Shown piece by piece: positions 63,523-64,000 of a stretch of DNA of 64,000 nt. This DNA is from Gammaproteobacteria bacterium (GTDB taxonomy: Bacteria > Pseudomonadota > Gammaproteobacteria > Eutrophobiales > Eutrophobiaceae). Position 1 is the first letter of the stretch. Each line of letters opens with the position of its first letter. Under the pieces are notes generated by a model that saw only the letters and a program-made list of their open reading frames with translations, was not told the origin of the DNA and searched no databases. The DNA lies in the NCBI GenBank assembly GCA_965116495.1, contig OZ220696.1:3776001-3840000 (forward strand), written 5' to 3'. Position numbers and translations under genes: made by a program.

Positions 63523-64000
63523 TGAATCGTCAGGTCATTCTCGATACCGAGACGACAGGCCTGGAACCGGCCAGCGGGCATCGCATTATTGAAATCGGTT
63601 GTATTGAATTGAAGGGCCGCCGCAGCACGGACCATATTTTACACCATTTTATCAATCCCGAGCGGGAGATAGAACAGGCAGCCATCGAAATACACGGCAT
63701 TACGGAGGAACAGCTTGAAGGAGAACCGGTGTTCGCGGATATCGCTGACCGGTTTATTGAATTTGTCCGGGACAGCGAGGTTATTATCCATAATGCGCCG
63801 TTCGATGTGGCTTTCATCAATGCCGAACTGGCCCGCCTGGGAGACCAATGGGGGAAGCTGGAGGATTACTGCAGCATTACCGATACGCTGGTGATGGCAA
63901 GGGAATTACACCCCGGGCAGAAAAACAGCCTGGATGCGTTGTCTACGCGTTACCAGGTGAATATCGAACGTAATCTGCATGGCGCATTGCTGGACGCGCG
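63522..64000 (+). CDS. dnaQ: DNA polymerase III epsilon subunit, truncated by window end
   Basis: Manual translation [14 protein letters not shown]....HRIIEIG, IHNAPFD, N.LDAL, LHGALLDA. Confidence 0.95.
   Translation, partial: MNRQVILDTETTGLEPASGHRIIEIGCIELKGRRSTDHILHHFINPEREIEQAAIEIHGITEEQLEGEPVFADIADRFIEFVRDSEVIIHNAPFDVAFINAELARLGDQWGKLEDYCSITDTLVMARELHPGQKNSLDALSTRYQVNIERNLHGALLDA

Overview
GC-rich gammaproteobacterial chromosome segment; the taxon is inferred from gene order and protein sequences. Core blocks are a Pgl/diNAcBac-type surface-glycan cluster with galU, aspartate aminotransferase-uvrB, tRNA-Val-thrS-infC-rpmI-rplT-pheST-ihfA-merR-tRNA-Pro, glmS, tolC/rhodanese/thiC/glnE, a spore-photoproduct-lyase-like radical SAM cluster, pcm/aas, and mltD-yafS-rnhA-dnaQ. 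Two accessory regions interrupt it. The first is a decayed ~3.3 kb island at the 3' end of tRNA-Asn (integrase and IS21 fragments, P450). The second is a ~15 kb island directly downstream of glmS: it opens with a 643-bp non-autonomous Tn7-like element and continues into a defence cluster (Type I RM, RloC-like ATPase, RhuM, HARE-HTH Mrr, broken HEPN/Toprim-associated gene). Three patterns are not explained by standard annotation: the mini-Tn7 whose only cargo is a small coiled-coil/TM protein; four members of that small DUF1640/CCDC90-like family, all at mobile-element boundaries; and 7-mer/9-mer repeat cassettes that begin at stop codons. No CRISPR array or rRNA was seen. All family calls are by motif recognition only; no searches were run.
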